Assembly (NCBI RefSeq): GCF_004010195.1
Contig: NC_057750.1
Coordinates: 4,548,814-4,609,662, forward strand
DNA length: 60,849 bases
Source: Chiloscyllium plagiosum
Lineage: Eukaryota
Direction: 5' to 3'
Part shown: piece by piece, positions 1-12,265 of the stretch
Layout: each line of letters opens with the position of its first letter
How positions within the stretch are numbered: position 1 is the first letter of the stretch
Made by a program: the position numbers and the translations under genes
The notes under the pieces: generated by a model
What the model saw: only the letters and a program-made list of their open reading frames with translations
Told to the model about the DNA's origin: nothing
Databases searched by the model: none

Positions 1-405
1 CCATCCCTCACACACCCTCCCCTCCCCATCCTTGTCCACCAACACTCCCCACCATCTGGTCACTTTCCCATCTTTAATACTGGGAGCTTGCTGTGCACAC
101 ACTGACACAAGCAACAATGACGGCGACATTTTAGGAAAGGGTGTCGTTGGCTGTAAGGCCTGTTGGCATGAACTGGGCTGGAACCTCCAGGGGTTGCCCT
201 CCCATCTTTCCCCATCCCTCACACACCCTCCCCTCCCCATCCTTGTCCACCAACACTCCCCACCATCTGGTCACTTTCCCATCTTTAATACTGGGAGCTT
301 GCTGTGCACACACTGACACAAGCAACAATGACGGCGACATTTTAGGAAAGGGTGTCGTTGGCTGTAAGGCCTGTTGGCATGAACTGGGCTGGAACCTCCA
401 GGGGT
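1..405. repeat. 211-bp direct tandem duplication (runs off window start) containing a Deu/L2-tailed SINE tail
   Basis: ccatccctcacacaccctccc occurs at 1 and 212 and the copies match to about 405. The unit contains gggagcttgctgtgc, and the second copy continues into the SINE tail gctatataaatgca. Confidence 0.9.
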
Positions 406-1194
406 TGTAAATGGTGCTATATAAATGCACATTCTCTCTGTGTAATGGGAAGGGGATAGGATGTTGAAGAGGGGAAACATTTGAGACATATTCGGGGAGG
501 GGGGAAACAGTTCTCGACGTGTTGGTCACCAACCACCTTCCCCTGGGATACAAAGCTTTCATGTTGGACAAGACTACGACCTTGCCCTTTGCCAAAGACA
601 CTTGACCAATCAGATCCCAGGCTCCCTGCTCGAGGTGGAGGGCTGGGGATTAGAGAGGGAACATCTACCTCAGGAGGTCAGTCTTGGAGACTTGGTGTGG
701 GGTCCACTGCCCTTCACACAGAGGAGCAGAAAGCTTTGTGGGGATCCCACACTCCCACAGTGATCTGTGGCTTTGGATTGAGTGACGGTGGGGAGTTTGG
801 GAATAGACTGGGTCCCACTGCCCCCTCTTTCAATGGGAGGTGGGGCGGGGGGTCAATAAGAGAAAAAAGAGAGGAGAGACCCCTCAGTGCTCAAAGGGCA
901 AGTGGACAGATAAACTACACTCTGTTAATAACGGAATCGCAGAGATTTTAACTGGAGGAAGGGAACTGCAAGCTGAGGAGATGCATTTGGTCCAGTCCAT
1001 GGGGAATCTCCCATTTCCTGGAATGTAACCGTCTTCCCAGCTCCAGACAATGGCCAGGGGACAGCATGTTGCTGCAGGGAAACTCCTTCCTTGGAAATAC
1101 TGGTGCCAGCATTGTGTTCGGAGAGTTTATTCTTACCCTGAGCTGTCTCGACACTCCCGACACACCCCACCCAGACATTCAATACCAACGCCGA

Positions 1195-1715
1195 GAGTCG
1201 CACAGCACAGAAACAGGCCCTTCGGCCCAGCTCATTCATGCCGACCAGACTTCCCAAACTAGTCCCACTTGCCTGTGTTTGGCCCATACCCCTCTAAACA
1301 TTTACTATTCTTGTGTCTGTCCAAATGTCTTTGAAATGTTATAACCGTACCTGCATCCCCCTGGCATACTCTCCATGTGAACATATTACCCCTTCGGTCC
1401 CTTTTAAAGCTTTTCCCCCCTCACCTTAAACCTGTGCCCTCTAGTGTTGGACACCCCTACCCTGGGGAAGAAAGGCCTTGTCTGTACACCCTATCCATAT
1501 CCCTCATGATTTTATAGACTTCTATCAAGGTCACCCCTCAACCTCCGATGCTCCAGGGAGAAATATCCCAGTCTATCCAACCTCTCCTTCTAACTCAAAC
1601 CGTCCATTCTTGGTAACACTCTGGTAAATCATCCTTTCCATTTGAATAACATCCTTCCTATCGCAGGGAGACCAGGATTGTGTGCAGCATTCCAAATGTG
1701 GCTCACCAATGTCTC
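1195..1715 (-). mobile_element. HER1/CR1 LINE 3' fragment
   Basis: Tail cagcacagaaacaggcccttcggcc followed by the reverse complement of the CR1 ORF2 C-terminus (cccctcatgattttataga...ggtcacccctca). Confidence 0.8.
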
Positions 1716-2954
1716 GTAACCTATTGGGTTTTGGCTCGGGTTCAGCTTCCAAGAATGCCAGGGGTGTGTGCCCATAGCATCTGCCCCTCAACTGATGTGG
1801 TGCTGTTACAGGGTATGGGGGGGGGGGTAAGGTGTTGTTGTGGTCTCCCTTTCTTTCCCCACTCCCCCCACCCCAAACTTGGCAGCTTCATGCTTCTGCA
1901 GAGAGACTGTGGGTAACAGGACAATGGGAGACAGGGCAACGGGCACCAACTGCAGCCAACGATACAAGAACGTTTGGCGGTGAAGCCTCCCCCAGTCGAA
2001 CAGTCTGGGCACACGTGCTTGCCCAGTGTCGCACCCGCTCAGGGAAACATCCACACCACAACTATCTATGTCCTCCACGTCAAAGGGGTGGGGACAATTC
2101 CTCTTCCCGCTTCACCCCCAGACACCATCTTGCTGCTTCTGCATGGCACGTATTAGCATTAGGCGAGGGCAGGAAGATGGCATACACCACCGAGGCAAAC
2201 TCTAACCAAAGCTCCAGGGGGAGGTACAGATACCTCCAGAACACTTTCTCCAGCGAGACAGCGACAGCGAGAGTGAGGGAGAGCGCGAGAGAGCGAGAAG
2301 GGGGGAGAGAGGGAGAGAGAGCAAGAGAGCAACAGAGGTTAAGGGGCTGGCTCGTGGTTAGTGCCCGGGAACTGCTCAGTGAATCAGGGCGTGTGATGGA
2401 AACTCAGACACTCACAAGAAACTTATTGTATTGTCCCCACCCAGTCTCAGTGCTCAGACAATAAACTACAAACCACATGAGCTACACGCTTCAAGGGTGA
2501 AGTCATCTGCACTAGTGGATAAGACAACTCCTTGCACACAGTCTCCCGGATATCCTTTACAAAGATCCACAAGACTAAAACTCTTAGATTAGATTGTCCA
2601 CTTGAGCATCTAGAATCCCTGGGAATCTTCAACTGTCTGTCATTCTGAAACTCTATTCTAAATAAACAAAAATAATGAAACAAAAGGAATAATTTCAAAG
2701 GGAACGATTCAACATCCCATTGCTGAAGTATGAAGTAAATGCTGCATTTAAATAAAAAAAATACAGACCCCTCTCTCAAAATTAGGTTTAATTAAGATTA
2801 TACAAACTGCAAGATTACAAGCCTGCCTTCACTTCTTCAACGCTGTCCCTCACAGCATCGGTTTATAATTACAACCAACCACCACCCTCTCGGGGCCAGT
2901 TAGAGATGGGGCAATAAGATGCCCTTCATACAGTGGAGGCAGTTCAGAGTATTG

Positions 2955-3272
2955 GAAGAGGCAGAAATAGCTGGGGAAACTCAGCAGGTCTGGCAGCATC
3001 TCAGGAGAGAGAGAGAGACAGAGAGAGAGAGAGCGAGACAGAGAGAGAAAGAGAGAGAGAGAAACAGAGAACAGAGAGAGAAAGACAGAGACAGAGACAG
3101 AGCGACAGACAGAGAGAGAGAGAAAACAAGAATTAATGTGTCAGGTTCATTGAGACTTCATCTGAACCACTCTAAAGTGGCACTGGCCTGTGAACGTTAT
3201 CGTGCTTTCTCTCTCGATCGATGGTGCCAACTTCCTCCAGCTGTTTCTGTTGCAAATTTCCAGCATTTGCAT
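2955..3272. mobile_element. Old PLE-derived fold-back relic with an internal (GA/GACA)n expansion at about 3005-3125
   Basis: Left arm ctcagcaggtctggcagcatc; decayed right arm ending tttccagcatttgca; microsatellite between the arms. Confidence 0.55.
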
Positions 3273-3384
3273 TTCATTGTTTTAACTGTACTGTAGCTGA
3301 CTGAGTTTACACAAAATACATTTTTACTTCTAGATATTTTAAATATCAACCTGTTCAGACATGAATACCTCTAGAGCAGGTAGT

Positions 3385-3575
3385 GAGACAAAATGAAAGA
3401 GAGAGGCGACTGGTGGTGGTTTAATCCAAGGTTAGGATTGACACGTCTCAGGCCAAGGGGAGAGGTTGTGAAGGAGAGTTCCTCAGCTGGTGTGGGAACT
3501 GAACTCAGGCTCATACAGTCTATTGTGTGTTACAAAACCAGGCATCCTGCCAACTGAGCTAAACTGACACCAGGC
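3385..3575 (-). mobile_element. tRNA-derived SINE (second family)
   Basis: Diverged reverse complement of the element at 8715-8935 (ggtggtggtttaatcc, ggggagaggttgtgaaggagag). Confidence 0.55.
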
Positions 3576-4247
3576 TAACAAACCTTTGGGAGATAAATAT
3601 TCTCCACGTCTAATTGGGAGCCTCATTATTCTTAGAAATTATGTCCCGATTCTAGTCATCCCCACAACATAAAGAGGAAACAAAGTTTCAGAATGCAAGT
3701 CAAACCCTCTCAGGTTTGTATGGGCTTGATAAAATCATCCCTCATTCCTTTAAATACCAATAGACTGCCTCCCACCACCCCGGTAGGGACACTAGAAGCC
3801 TGGGTTTTCATTTATATAGTGCCTTTGGGATGCTCCAAAGGGCTTTGCAGCCAATTAAATGCTTTTACTTTTCTTTGCAGTGCAGTCCCCGGTGTAACAG
3901 GGAAAATGAAGCAGTCACTTTCTGCACAGCAAGCTCCCACAAAACAGCAGTGGGTTAAACGGCCAGATCGAAACGTTTGTCCATTGAGGGATAATTGCTC
4001 ACCAGGAAAGCAGGGAGAGCTTCTCTTCAAAACAGCATGCTGTGGGATTTTCACACCCGCCCCACATCAGGGGGATGGAGAAGGGTTCTCTATTTAATCC
4101 GGGGAGATATTCATTTGCCAATCTGCATCTTGGCCTCATGTCCTTAATCTGACACAAGAGAATGTGGCTTGAACTTCAAATTACTGAGATGGAGGTGGAT
4201 GTGGTCAAGAGCTTCAAGTTCTCAGCAGTAAATATCGATTATGGATC

Positions 4248-4525
4248 TTAGAATCCCTACAGTGTGGGAACAGGCCCTTCGGCCCAACAAGTCCACACTG
4301 ACTGTCTGAAGAGGAACCCACCCAGACCCAATCCCCTACCCCATATTTACCCCTGACTAATGCATCGAACACTATCGGCACTTCAGCATGGCCAATTCAC
4401 CTGATCCGCATATCTTTGGATGGTCAGAGAAAACTCACACAGACATGGGGAGAATGAGGCTGGAATCGAACCCAGGTCCCTAGTACTGTGAGGCTGCAGT
4501 GCTAACCGCTGAGCCACTGTGACAC
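4248..4525 (-). mobile_element. HE1-like V-SINE (internally deleted)
   Basis: Reverse tRNA head (gaatcgaacccaggtccc...gcagtgctaacc) and HER1-like tail (aacaggcccttcggcccaacaagtccacac). Confidence 0.85.
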
Positions 4526-5249
4526 CCCAGGACCAGTTCTGGGGTGGGTGGACATCCCCCACCCACCCCAGACCCAATCGCTGACACACTCAGCTGCTGT
4601 TGTTTCAGACAGCGAGACACTGGCCACCAGCACCTCACTCCCATATCCCGTTCTGACATTGTCCAACACTCCCTCCCTACTCCCAGGGAAGGATCGAAAA
4701 CACACTCAGGATTGACACCTTCCCTTCCCATAAATTAAAAAAAAATACCGAACACACGATTTTGTGTCAACGCAGGGCCATAAAGCAACAAACTGCATTT
4801 GCACAGCACCTTGGATGTCACAACAATACAAGTTAACAGGTTGACAATGAGCTACATACCAGGGTGGGCAGAATAATGAGGGGCTTACACAGAATGGACA
4901 CAGGGCAGCCCTTTCTCCCCAGGGGAGAGGTTGAAGTTGATTGGTTAAAGGATAAGAGGGGACATGAGGAAGAGGGGTATTTTCCGCCCCCATCCTCCCA
5001 GAGGGTGACGTGTTTTTGGAATCCCGCTGTGCAGTTTGGGAGGTAAGGCAGAGACTCTCAACTCATTGAAACGATGAACCTGGATCTGTCCCTGAAACAG
5101 TGGGAGCTACAAGGTGACAGACTGGGTTAGTGGGATCAGAAATGGGTGGCTACTTTATTCAGCTAGCACAGGTCAGTTGGGCTGAATGGTGTCTCTGTTC
5201 TGTAGCTTTCCAGGATAGGGACTAACCACTTGGTCTGGGGGAGATGGTA

Positions 5250-5892
5250 AAGAGAGACAGAGACATACAGAGACACAGAGAGAGAGAGAGACAGACAGAG
5301 AGAGAGAGAGACAGACAGAGAGAGAGAGAGACAGACAGAGAGAGAGAGAGACAGACAGAGAGAGAGAGAGACAGACAGAGAGAGAGAGAGACAGACAGAG
5401 AGAGAGAGAGACAGACAGAGAGAGAGAGAGACAGACAGAGAGAGAGAGAGACAGACAGAGAGAGAGAGAGACAGACAGAGAGAGAGAGAGACAGACAGAG
5501 AGAGAGAGAGACAGACAGAGAGAGAGAGAGACAGACAGAGAGAGAGAGAGACAGACAGAGAGAGAGAGAGACAGACAGAGAGAGAGAGAGACAGACAGAG
5601 AGAGAGAGAGACAGACAGAGAGAGAGAGAGACAGACAGAGAGAGAGAGAGACAGACAGAGAGAGAGAGAGACAGACAGAGAGAGAGAGAGACAGACAGAG
5701 AGAGAGAGAGACAGACAGAGAGAGAGAGAGACAGACAGAGAGAGAGAGAGACAGACAGAGAGAGAGAATGTCGGGGTGAGAGAGAGAGAGAAAGAGAGAG
5801 AGACACACACACAGAGAGGGGCAGAGAGAGAAAGAGACAGATGGGGCAGAGGGAGAGACAGACAGAGAAAGAGGCAGAGAGAGAGAGAGAGA
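5250..5892. repeat. Compound GA/GACA microsatellite with a perfect 20-bp period over about 5281-5767
   Basis: agagagagagacagacagag repeated about 24 times. Confidence 0.97.
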
Positions 5893-6027
5893 CTCTGTGC
5901 TGGCCTTGGTCAGATCCTAGGACTGGCCAGCGACATACACACCTTCTCAAGAGCAGTGGGGAAGGTTGATGACGAAAATAAAATGCTTCACACGGGCAGG
6001 GTCAACAATGAGAGAGCTTCCACATTC

Positions 6028-6240
6028 TGACCCAGAAACAGTGAAGAAACTGCGATTTATTTCCAAGTCAGGACGGTGAGTGGAGGGGAACTTGCAGGGG
6101 GTGGTGTTCCCATGTATCTGCTGCCCCTTGTCCTTCTAGATGGTAGTGGCCGTGGGTTTGGAAGGTGCTGCCTGAGGATCTTTGATGAATTTCTGCAGTG
6201 CGTCTTGTAGATGGTACACACCGCTGCTACTGAGCGAGGG
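6028..6240 (-). mobile_element. CR1-group LINE 3' fragment
   Basis: ttccaagtcaggacggtgagtggaggggaacttgcagg; related sequence lies on the + strand at 58430-58610. Confidence 0.55.
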
Positions 6241-6879
6241 TGGAGAATAGATGAAAAAGGGAGGAAATTGAGACAGGAACTCCATTGGGGAGGAAAAGAA
6301 ACCAGCCCAGGCTTGCAGGGGGATGGAGTGGGGACTGGGTGGGATCAGACGCCAGACGCAGTCTTTAAACTGAGTGGGTGATCACCTGAAGATCCCCGAG
6401 TTCGCTCATAGATTTACTCCACACCTTGGACTGGTTTCAGCTCCTCTCCCTGGGAACGGATGCAGATTCAAAGCAACATTGAGCAGCAGCAGTGAACCAG
6501 AGTGTTCACACACCCTTGAGGCTGTGTGGACGGGGGAAGTGTATCCACCCAGAGAGAGAGAGAGGGAGACAGGCTGCCTGGTCTAGGCTGCGCTCGGCTC
6601 AGGTTTACGGCCGACCAAGCAACATTTGCAACCCAATAGGGACATGGTCTAAAGAGTGGGCAATGCCCAGTCCCACTGAACTTACACAGACAAGCCGAGT
6701 AAACCAGATGTTTCCAAACAGAAACCCACAGACGGCACAAATCGTGTAAAACTTTAACCTCTGCAGTTTGGAACAGCATCAGGACACTGCAGCGAGTTTC
6801 ACAGCCTGTGGGAGCTCCATCGTATTATAGGACATGCAGCTTGTTTACACACAGCTAGCTCCCTCAAACACCACAGAAT

Positions 6880-7960
6880 ATAGAGGCAGCAGGCCATTCA
6901 GCCCATCGAGCCTGCTCCACCATTCGATATGATCGTCGCTGAACATCCAGTCAGTCCCTACTTGCTGCCTCCCCCCCACACCCTTCGATCACTGTCAGCC
7001 CAAGAGCTGTATCAAACTCTTTCATGAAAACGTTCAATGTTTTGCCCTCAACTACTTTCTGCGGCAGAGCATTCCACTCTCTGGGTGAAGACATTTCTCC
7101 CCATTTCAGTCCGAAATGGCCCACTCCCTATCCTTAAACTATTACCCCCCCGCCTAGTTCTGGACTCCCTGGTCATTGGGATCATCCTTTGTGCATTAAC
7201 CCTGTCTAGTCTTGTTAGAATTTTATAGATTTCTACAAGATCTCCCTCATTCTTCAAAACTCCAGTGAATATAATCCCAACTGATTTAACTTCTCCTTCC
7301 CACCTATCTGCTTCACCCTCCCCATTGACCTATCACATTTACCCCCCAACTGCTTCCAGTCATCGCCTTCCTGGCTACCTTTCCCTCAAGCCCCACCTTC
7401 ACCCTCCCTATTTATCTCCCAGTCCCTCTCTCCTCCCCACATTCCTGATGAAGGGCTTATGCCCAAAACCGTTGACTCTCCTGCTCCTCCAATGCTGCCT
7501 GACCTGGCGTGTTTTTCCAGCACCCCACTTCTGACTCTCCGCTACCTGCAGTCCCCACTTTCTCCATCCCAGGGATCAGTCTGGTAACCCCTCACTGCTC
7601 TCCCTCCATCACCAGAACATCCTTCCTCAGGAGAACAAAACTGCGCACAGTACTCCAGGGGTGGCCTCACCAAGACCCTGTACAACTGCAGTGAGACATC
7701 CCAGCTCATGTACTCCGACCCTCTCACTATGATGGCCAGTGCACCCTTTATCTTCTGCACTGCCTGCCACACCTGCAGTGTTTACCTCCAGTGACCAGGG
7801 CACAGGGAGGCCCAGGTCTTGTTGCACCTCTCCCTTTCTCAACCTAGCGCCATTCAGATAACAAGCTGCCTTACGGGGAAGTGGGTAATCTCACAGTTAT
7901 CCACATTAGGCTTCATCCACCATACATTTACCCCCTCTCACAGCCTGCCCAAAACACATG
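6880..7960 (-). mobile_element. CR1 LINE 3' fragment interrupted by a PLE relic
   Basis: Minus-strand translations GDLVEIYKILTRLDRV...RNVFTQRV and LQLYRVLVRPPLEYCAQF. Confidence 0.8.
7290..7563 (+). mobile_element. PLE pLTR-like relic (family A) with decayed hammerhead core at 7441-7477
   Basis: attc-ctgatga-a-gggc-ttat-gccc-aaaa (GAAA changed to AAAA), then tgctgcctgacctg...tttttccagca. Confidence 0.7.
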
Positions 7961-8109
7961 GAAATAGCTTTGATCAGCCAAGTCTTGGTCTCCTTCCTTG
8001 CGAAAGGATGCAAATGAGTTGGAAGCAGTTTGGAGGAGCTTCTCTCAGCTTATTCCTGGGCGAAGGGAATTGCTTGAACAGGGCGGATTCTGAAACAAGG
8101 TTTCCTCTT

Positions 8110-8625
8110 GTCTGTGTGTGTGTGTCTGTTGATGTGTGCCTGTCTGTATCTGTGTGTGCCTGTGTGTCAGTTGATGTGTGCCCGTCTGTATCTGTGTGTG
8201 TCTGTCGATGTGTGCCTGTCTGTATCTGTGTGTGTCTGTTGATGTGTGCCTGTCTGTATCTGTGTGTGCCTGTGTGTCAGTTGATGTGTGCCCGTCTGTA
8301 TCTGTGTGTGTCTTGTCTGTCGATGTTTGCCTGTCTGTATCTTTATGTGTCTGTACCTGTTGATGTGTGCTCGTCTGTATCTGTGTGTCTGTTCGTGTGC
8401 ATATGTATGTGTTTGTGTGCATCTGTGTGTTTGTGTGTGCGTCTATATGGGTGTGCGTGTGTGTACCTATGCGTCTGTGTATGCGCGCATCTGTATCTGT
8501 ACATCTGTGTGTGTGCACGCCTGTGTGTGTATCTGTGGATTTGTGTGTGTGCGTACGCATCTATGTGTGTGTGTGTTCACGCCAGTGTCTGTATGTGTGC
8601 GTATCTTTGTGTCTGTGAATGTTTT
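8110..8625. repeat. Degenerate (TG)n low-complexity repeat
   Basis: Recurrent gttgatgtgtgcctgtctgtatctgtgtgtg. Confidence 0.95.
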
Positions 8626-8714
8626 TGAGGGGTGTACTAGAATTAGGGAACACAGAATAAAAATATCCGCCAACTAAATAGAGATGAAGAGAATATTTTT
8701 CTCTCAAAGGTTTG

Positions 8715-8935
8715 CTACTCGGGGAGTCAGTTATCCCAGTTGGTTGGATAGTTGCTGGGTGATACAGAATGATGCCAACAGTGTGGGTGCAGTTCCCACA
8801 CTGGCTGAGGTTACTCTGAAGGACTCTCCTTCTCAAACTCTCCCCTCATCTGAGACGTGTGGACCATCAGGTTAAACCACCATCAAATGTCTCGCTCTTT
8901 GAGAGAATGGGACCATGGTGATTCTACCCATTAGT
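8715..8935 (+). mobile_element. tRNA-derived SINE (second family)
   Basis: A-box-like cagttggttgga and B-box-like gggtgcagttccc; body ggctgaggttac...ggttaaaccacca; inverted relative at 3385-3575. Confidence 0.55.
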
Positions 8936-10174
8936 CTATGGAATTCTTTGCCCAGACAGCAACGGAGGGGGGCACACTGAATGTATTCATGGGTGAATAA
9001 AGAGTTTTGGATGACGAGGGGATTAAGGATGGGGTGTACAGACAGCCACCATCTCAGCCACATTCTTCTGGAACAGCAGGGCAGGTTTAAAGGCCTGAAT
9101 GGCCACCTCCAGCCCCCAAGTCCACACTGTTTTGTTTTGTTTCCACTCCAGACAGTATGGCAGCCCTCCCTTGGCAACACCCCTCTGTGGCACTGCCTTG
9201 GCACCACAGCTCTCTCTGAGCCCTGCTCCTTAGACACTACTCCTTGTACCTCACATACAAGACCTGGGGTCTGAACGCTACCATCTGCTGCTGGGATACC
9301 TCATCATGGAGGTCACTGTGTTAGCCCACACCATGTTAATCTGCGCAGGGCACTCCTCCTACGTCTATAGGAAGAGAAGGAGAACATTCAACCCTTGGGC
9401 ATACATTGTACCGTCCAACTCGCTCTCTCAGATCCCCACCTCGCTGTCATGTGACATCACTTTTCTCAACGCTCCATCCAAATCCCACTCACCTACAAAC
9501 AAGATGGAAAACTCACTGCAGGTCTGCGTTCCCTCGGAGCGGGATTCTCCATTGGGAACGTAAATCCCTTTTACTACAGCGTGTCTCAAACACAAGGCTC
9601 CCAGCTCCTGGAAGGACATGGGCAGTAGCTGCAGGGTCAGTGGGGGCAAACACAATTGGCTCAGAGACCCACACAGCATCACCATGTGCCGTGTTGTCTA
9701 CAGAGTTACTGAAGGAGGCCAGTCAGGTCACTGCATCTCTCCAAACAAACATTCGGACTGAATGCCAATTTCCTGCCTTCTCCCTTCCCTCTTGCACCGT
9801 ATTCCCACTCAAACCACCATCCAATAGCCACTCGAATGCTTCCACTAAACCTACTTCCACCACGTTTCTGGGCAGTGCTGAGAAAGTCATTACCTTCTTT
9901 TGCAAAACTCTTGAGATCTGTGCCCTCGTGTCGTCAAATCTTTTCACAAGCGGAAGCAGTTTCTCCCTATATCCTCTACTTAAACCCGGAACGTATTTGA
10001 AAACCTTGGAGATCAGTCCCAACGTCGCCAGTTTATCCAAGAATTGGAAATTTCTCATCCCGGAACCATTCTTGGAAAGTACTCTCTCCAACACAGCCTT
10101 CCTATAAAGCTGGAGCCCACAACCGTACTCAGGTCTAGCGGGTACCAGTACAAGTTCAGTGTCACTCCCACTGA

Positions 10175-10395
10175 ATTGAATTTATTGTTACGTGTACCGA
10201 GGCACAGTGAAAAGCTTTGTTTTGTGAGCAAAACAGGCAGATCGCAGAGTTAAGTAGCACAGATAGGTAAATAATAGGCAAACACAGAGCCAGGCGAATG
10301 TTAAGAGTTAGTGAGTCCATTCAGTATTCTAACAACAGTAGGGTAGAAACTGTTACAATACTGGCTGGTGCGTGTGTTCAGGCTTTTATACTCTC
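10175..10395 (-). mobile_element. Rex1/Babar LINE 3' end
   Basis: Minus-strand tail ttttcactgtgcctcggtacacgtaacaataaa and coding remnant ...NTRTSQYCNSFYP. Confidence 0.6.
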
Positions 10396-10864
10396 CATCG
10401 CTGTACCCAGGATACAGGATGATTAACTCTCTCCACCTTTGATGATCACTGCATCTAAACATCTTCTGGTTATCCTAGCCCTTGTTTAATACTGTGTATT
10501 CATATTGTTCCTGCCAAAGCCAATCACCTCATACCCCACCTGCAAACTCTGATATTCTCCCCTCCATGTCGAGGACCGGATCTGGAAACGCAAGGGTCCC
10601 ATGACCAACCCTACGGGAACTCAGGTACAAACCTTCTTCCAGCCCAAATAATATTCACTGTCCCCCATTCTCCTGTCACTCGGCTTCCGATTTCTCAGCC
10701 CATTTTGGTAATCAATTCCTTTTCTCATGGTGACCAGATTGAAAAAAAGGAGAGAGTGGAACAGCATACCAGTACTGTTCAAGAGAGGCTCAAAACCGCC
10801 CACTCAAGGGGCAACTAGGGATGAGTAACAAATGAGCCTTATCAATGGCAGCCAGTTTATACAG

Positions 10865-11285
10865 GTGGGCGGCACAGTGGTTAGCACTGCTGCCTCACAG
10901 CACCAGGGACCCGGGTTCGATTCCAGCCTCGGACAACTGTCTGTGTGGAGTTTGCACATTCTCCCCGTGTCTGCGTGGGTTTCCTCCAGGTGGTCCGGTT
11001 TCCTCCCACAGTCCAAAGATGTGCAGGTTAGAGTGGATTGGCCATGCTGAATTGCCCCATAGTATCTAGGGATGTGCAGGTTAGGATGGATTGGCCATGG
11101 GAAATTGTCCCGTAATGCCTACTGATGTGCGGGCTGGGTTGGATTGGCTGTGCTAAGTTGTTCTGTAGTGTCCAGGTTAGATAGATTAGCCACGGGGAAT
11201 GCAGAGTTACAGGGATGGTGGGTCTGGGCGTGATGCTTTTCAGAGGGTCTCAATGGGCCAAATGGCCTCTTTCTGCACTATCGGG
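10865..11285 (+). mobile_element. HE1-like V-SINE with extra internal ~52-bp modules
   Basis: Head ggcggcacagtggttagcactgctgcctcacagc...ggttcgattcc and V domain tgtgtggagtttgcacattctccccgtgtctgcgtgggtttcctcc. Confidence 0.9.
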
Positions 11286-11844
11286 GCTCCAAGGAAACTT
11301 ATCATAAGTAGGCTGGGCCTCTCCTGGGCCCACTAGTTACATACAGCCCTGTGAGTGGGCCTCATTAACCAGACAGAAAGCACAGCCATACACCAGACTG
11401 CTGTTCTGTCGACAAGTTCCTAACCCTTCCAACTGGACAAGTCAGAGTAACACCCAGAGTGATCAGTTATCACCCAGCTCCTCCCAGATAGGACAAACCC
11501 AGCCACATTCTGTGGAGCAGACCTGGACACCAAAGCAACGTGATTATCTCAAACAACAATTAAAACAAAATGCTGATTTTTCTTTCCAATATAATGGATT
11601 GGACAGCTGTCCAAATAACTCTGCCTGTTTCTTCAGAAAGAAGGATGTTTCCCCAAACGGGCTGTAGGAGACCACAAACTAATCTACATCTCCCATCGTC
11701 TCCACTGACAGCTCCCTGATCACTCACTCCCCGTCTTCTGATGCCCTACACCTCCCCAAACCACAATCGCTGGCCTCTGGATCCATTAATCACACCCACA
11801 CCAACCCCTTTCCCTTCCTCCCAATGCTAATGCTCACTTGTGTA

Positions 11845-12150
11845 TTTGATTTTTGTCACATGTACTGCGATACAATGAAAACTATTGTTTTGTTTACTAT
11901 CCAGGCAAATCATATCTTACATCGGGGTAATAGAACAGAATGCAGAATAGTGTTACAGCTACAGAGAAGGTGCAGAGAAAGATCAATTCTAATATGAAAG
12001 CTCCATTCATAAATCTGATAACAGCAGGGAAGAAGCTGTTCTTTAATCTGTTGGTACATGTTTTCAAATTTTTGCATCTTCTGTCTGATGGAAGGGAGTC
12101 TAACCAGGGTGGGAGGGGCCTTTAGCAACGTTGGTTGCTTTCCCAAGGCA
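11845..12150 (-). mobile_element. Rex1/Babar LINE 3' fragment
   Basis: ataacagcagggaagaagctgttctttaatctgttggtac translates on the minus strand as TNRLKNSFFP; Rex1-type tail. Confidence 0.7.
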
Positions 12151-12265
12151 GTGAGACCAGAATTGCGCACAGTATCCCAACTGTGATCTAACCAATAACT
12201 TGACTCTCGCCCTACGTCAAGAGATTTCTCTTTAAAAAGAACCAATCAATGACAAATTAATTACC

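Noticed and set aside
1720..2464. 210-aa plus ORF, or a possible alternative first exon next to a GA tract
   Set aside because: No recognisable protein in any frame and no strong splice donor; unique sequence but unsupported.
5163..5969. ORFs over 200 aa rich in SL or ER
   Set aside because: Microsatellite translations.
8045..8677. Cys/Val-rich and His/Thr-rich ORFs
   Set aside because: Degenerate (TG)n repeat.
9723..10094. 123-aa minus-strand ORF that looks protein-like
   Set aside because: It appears to be an old CR1 3' remnant (ALPRNVVEVG resembles the LP.VVEA motif); no splice support.
10865..10930. tRNA genes at HE1 heads
   Set aside because: A/B boxes continue into the V domain and LINE tail; these are SINE heads, not cloverleaf tRNAs.
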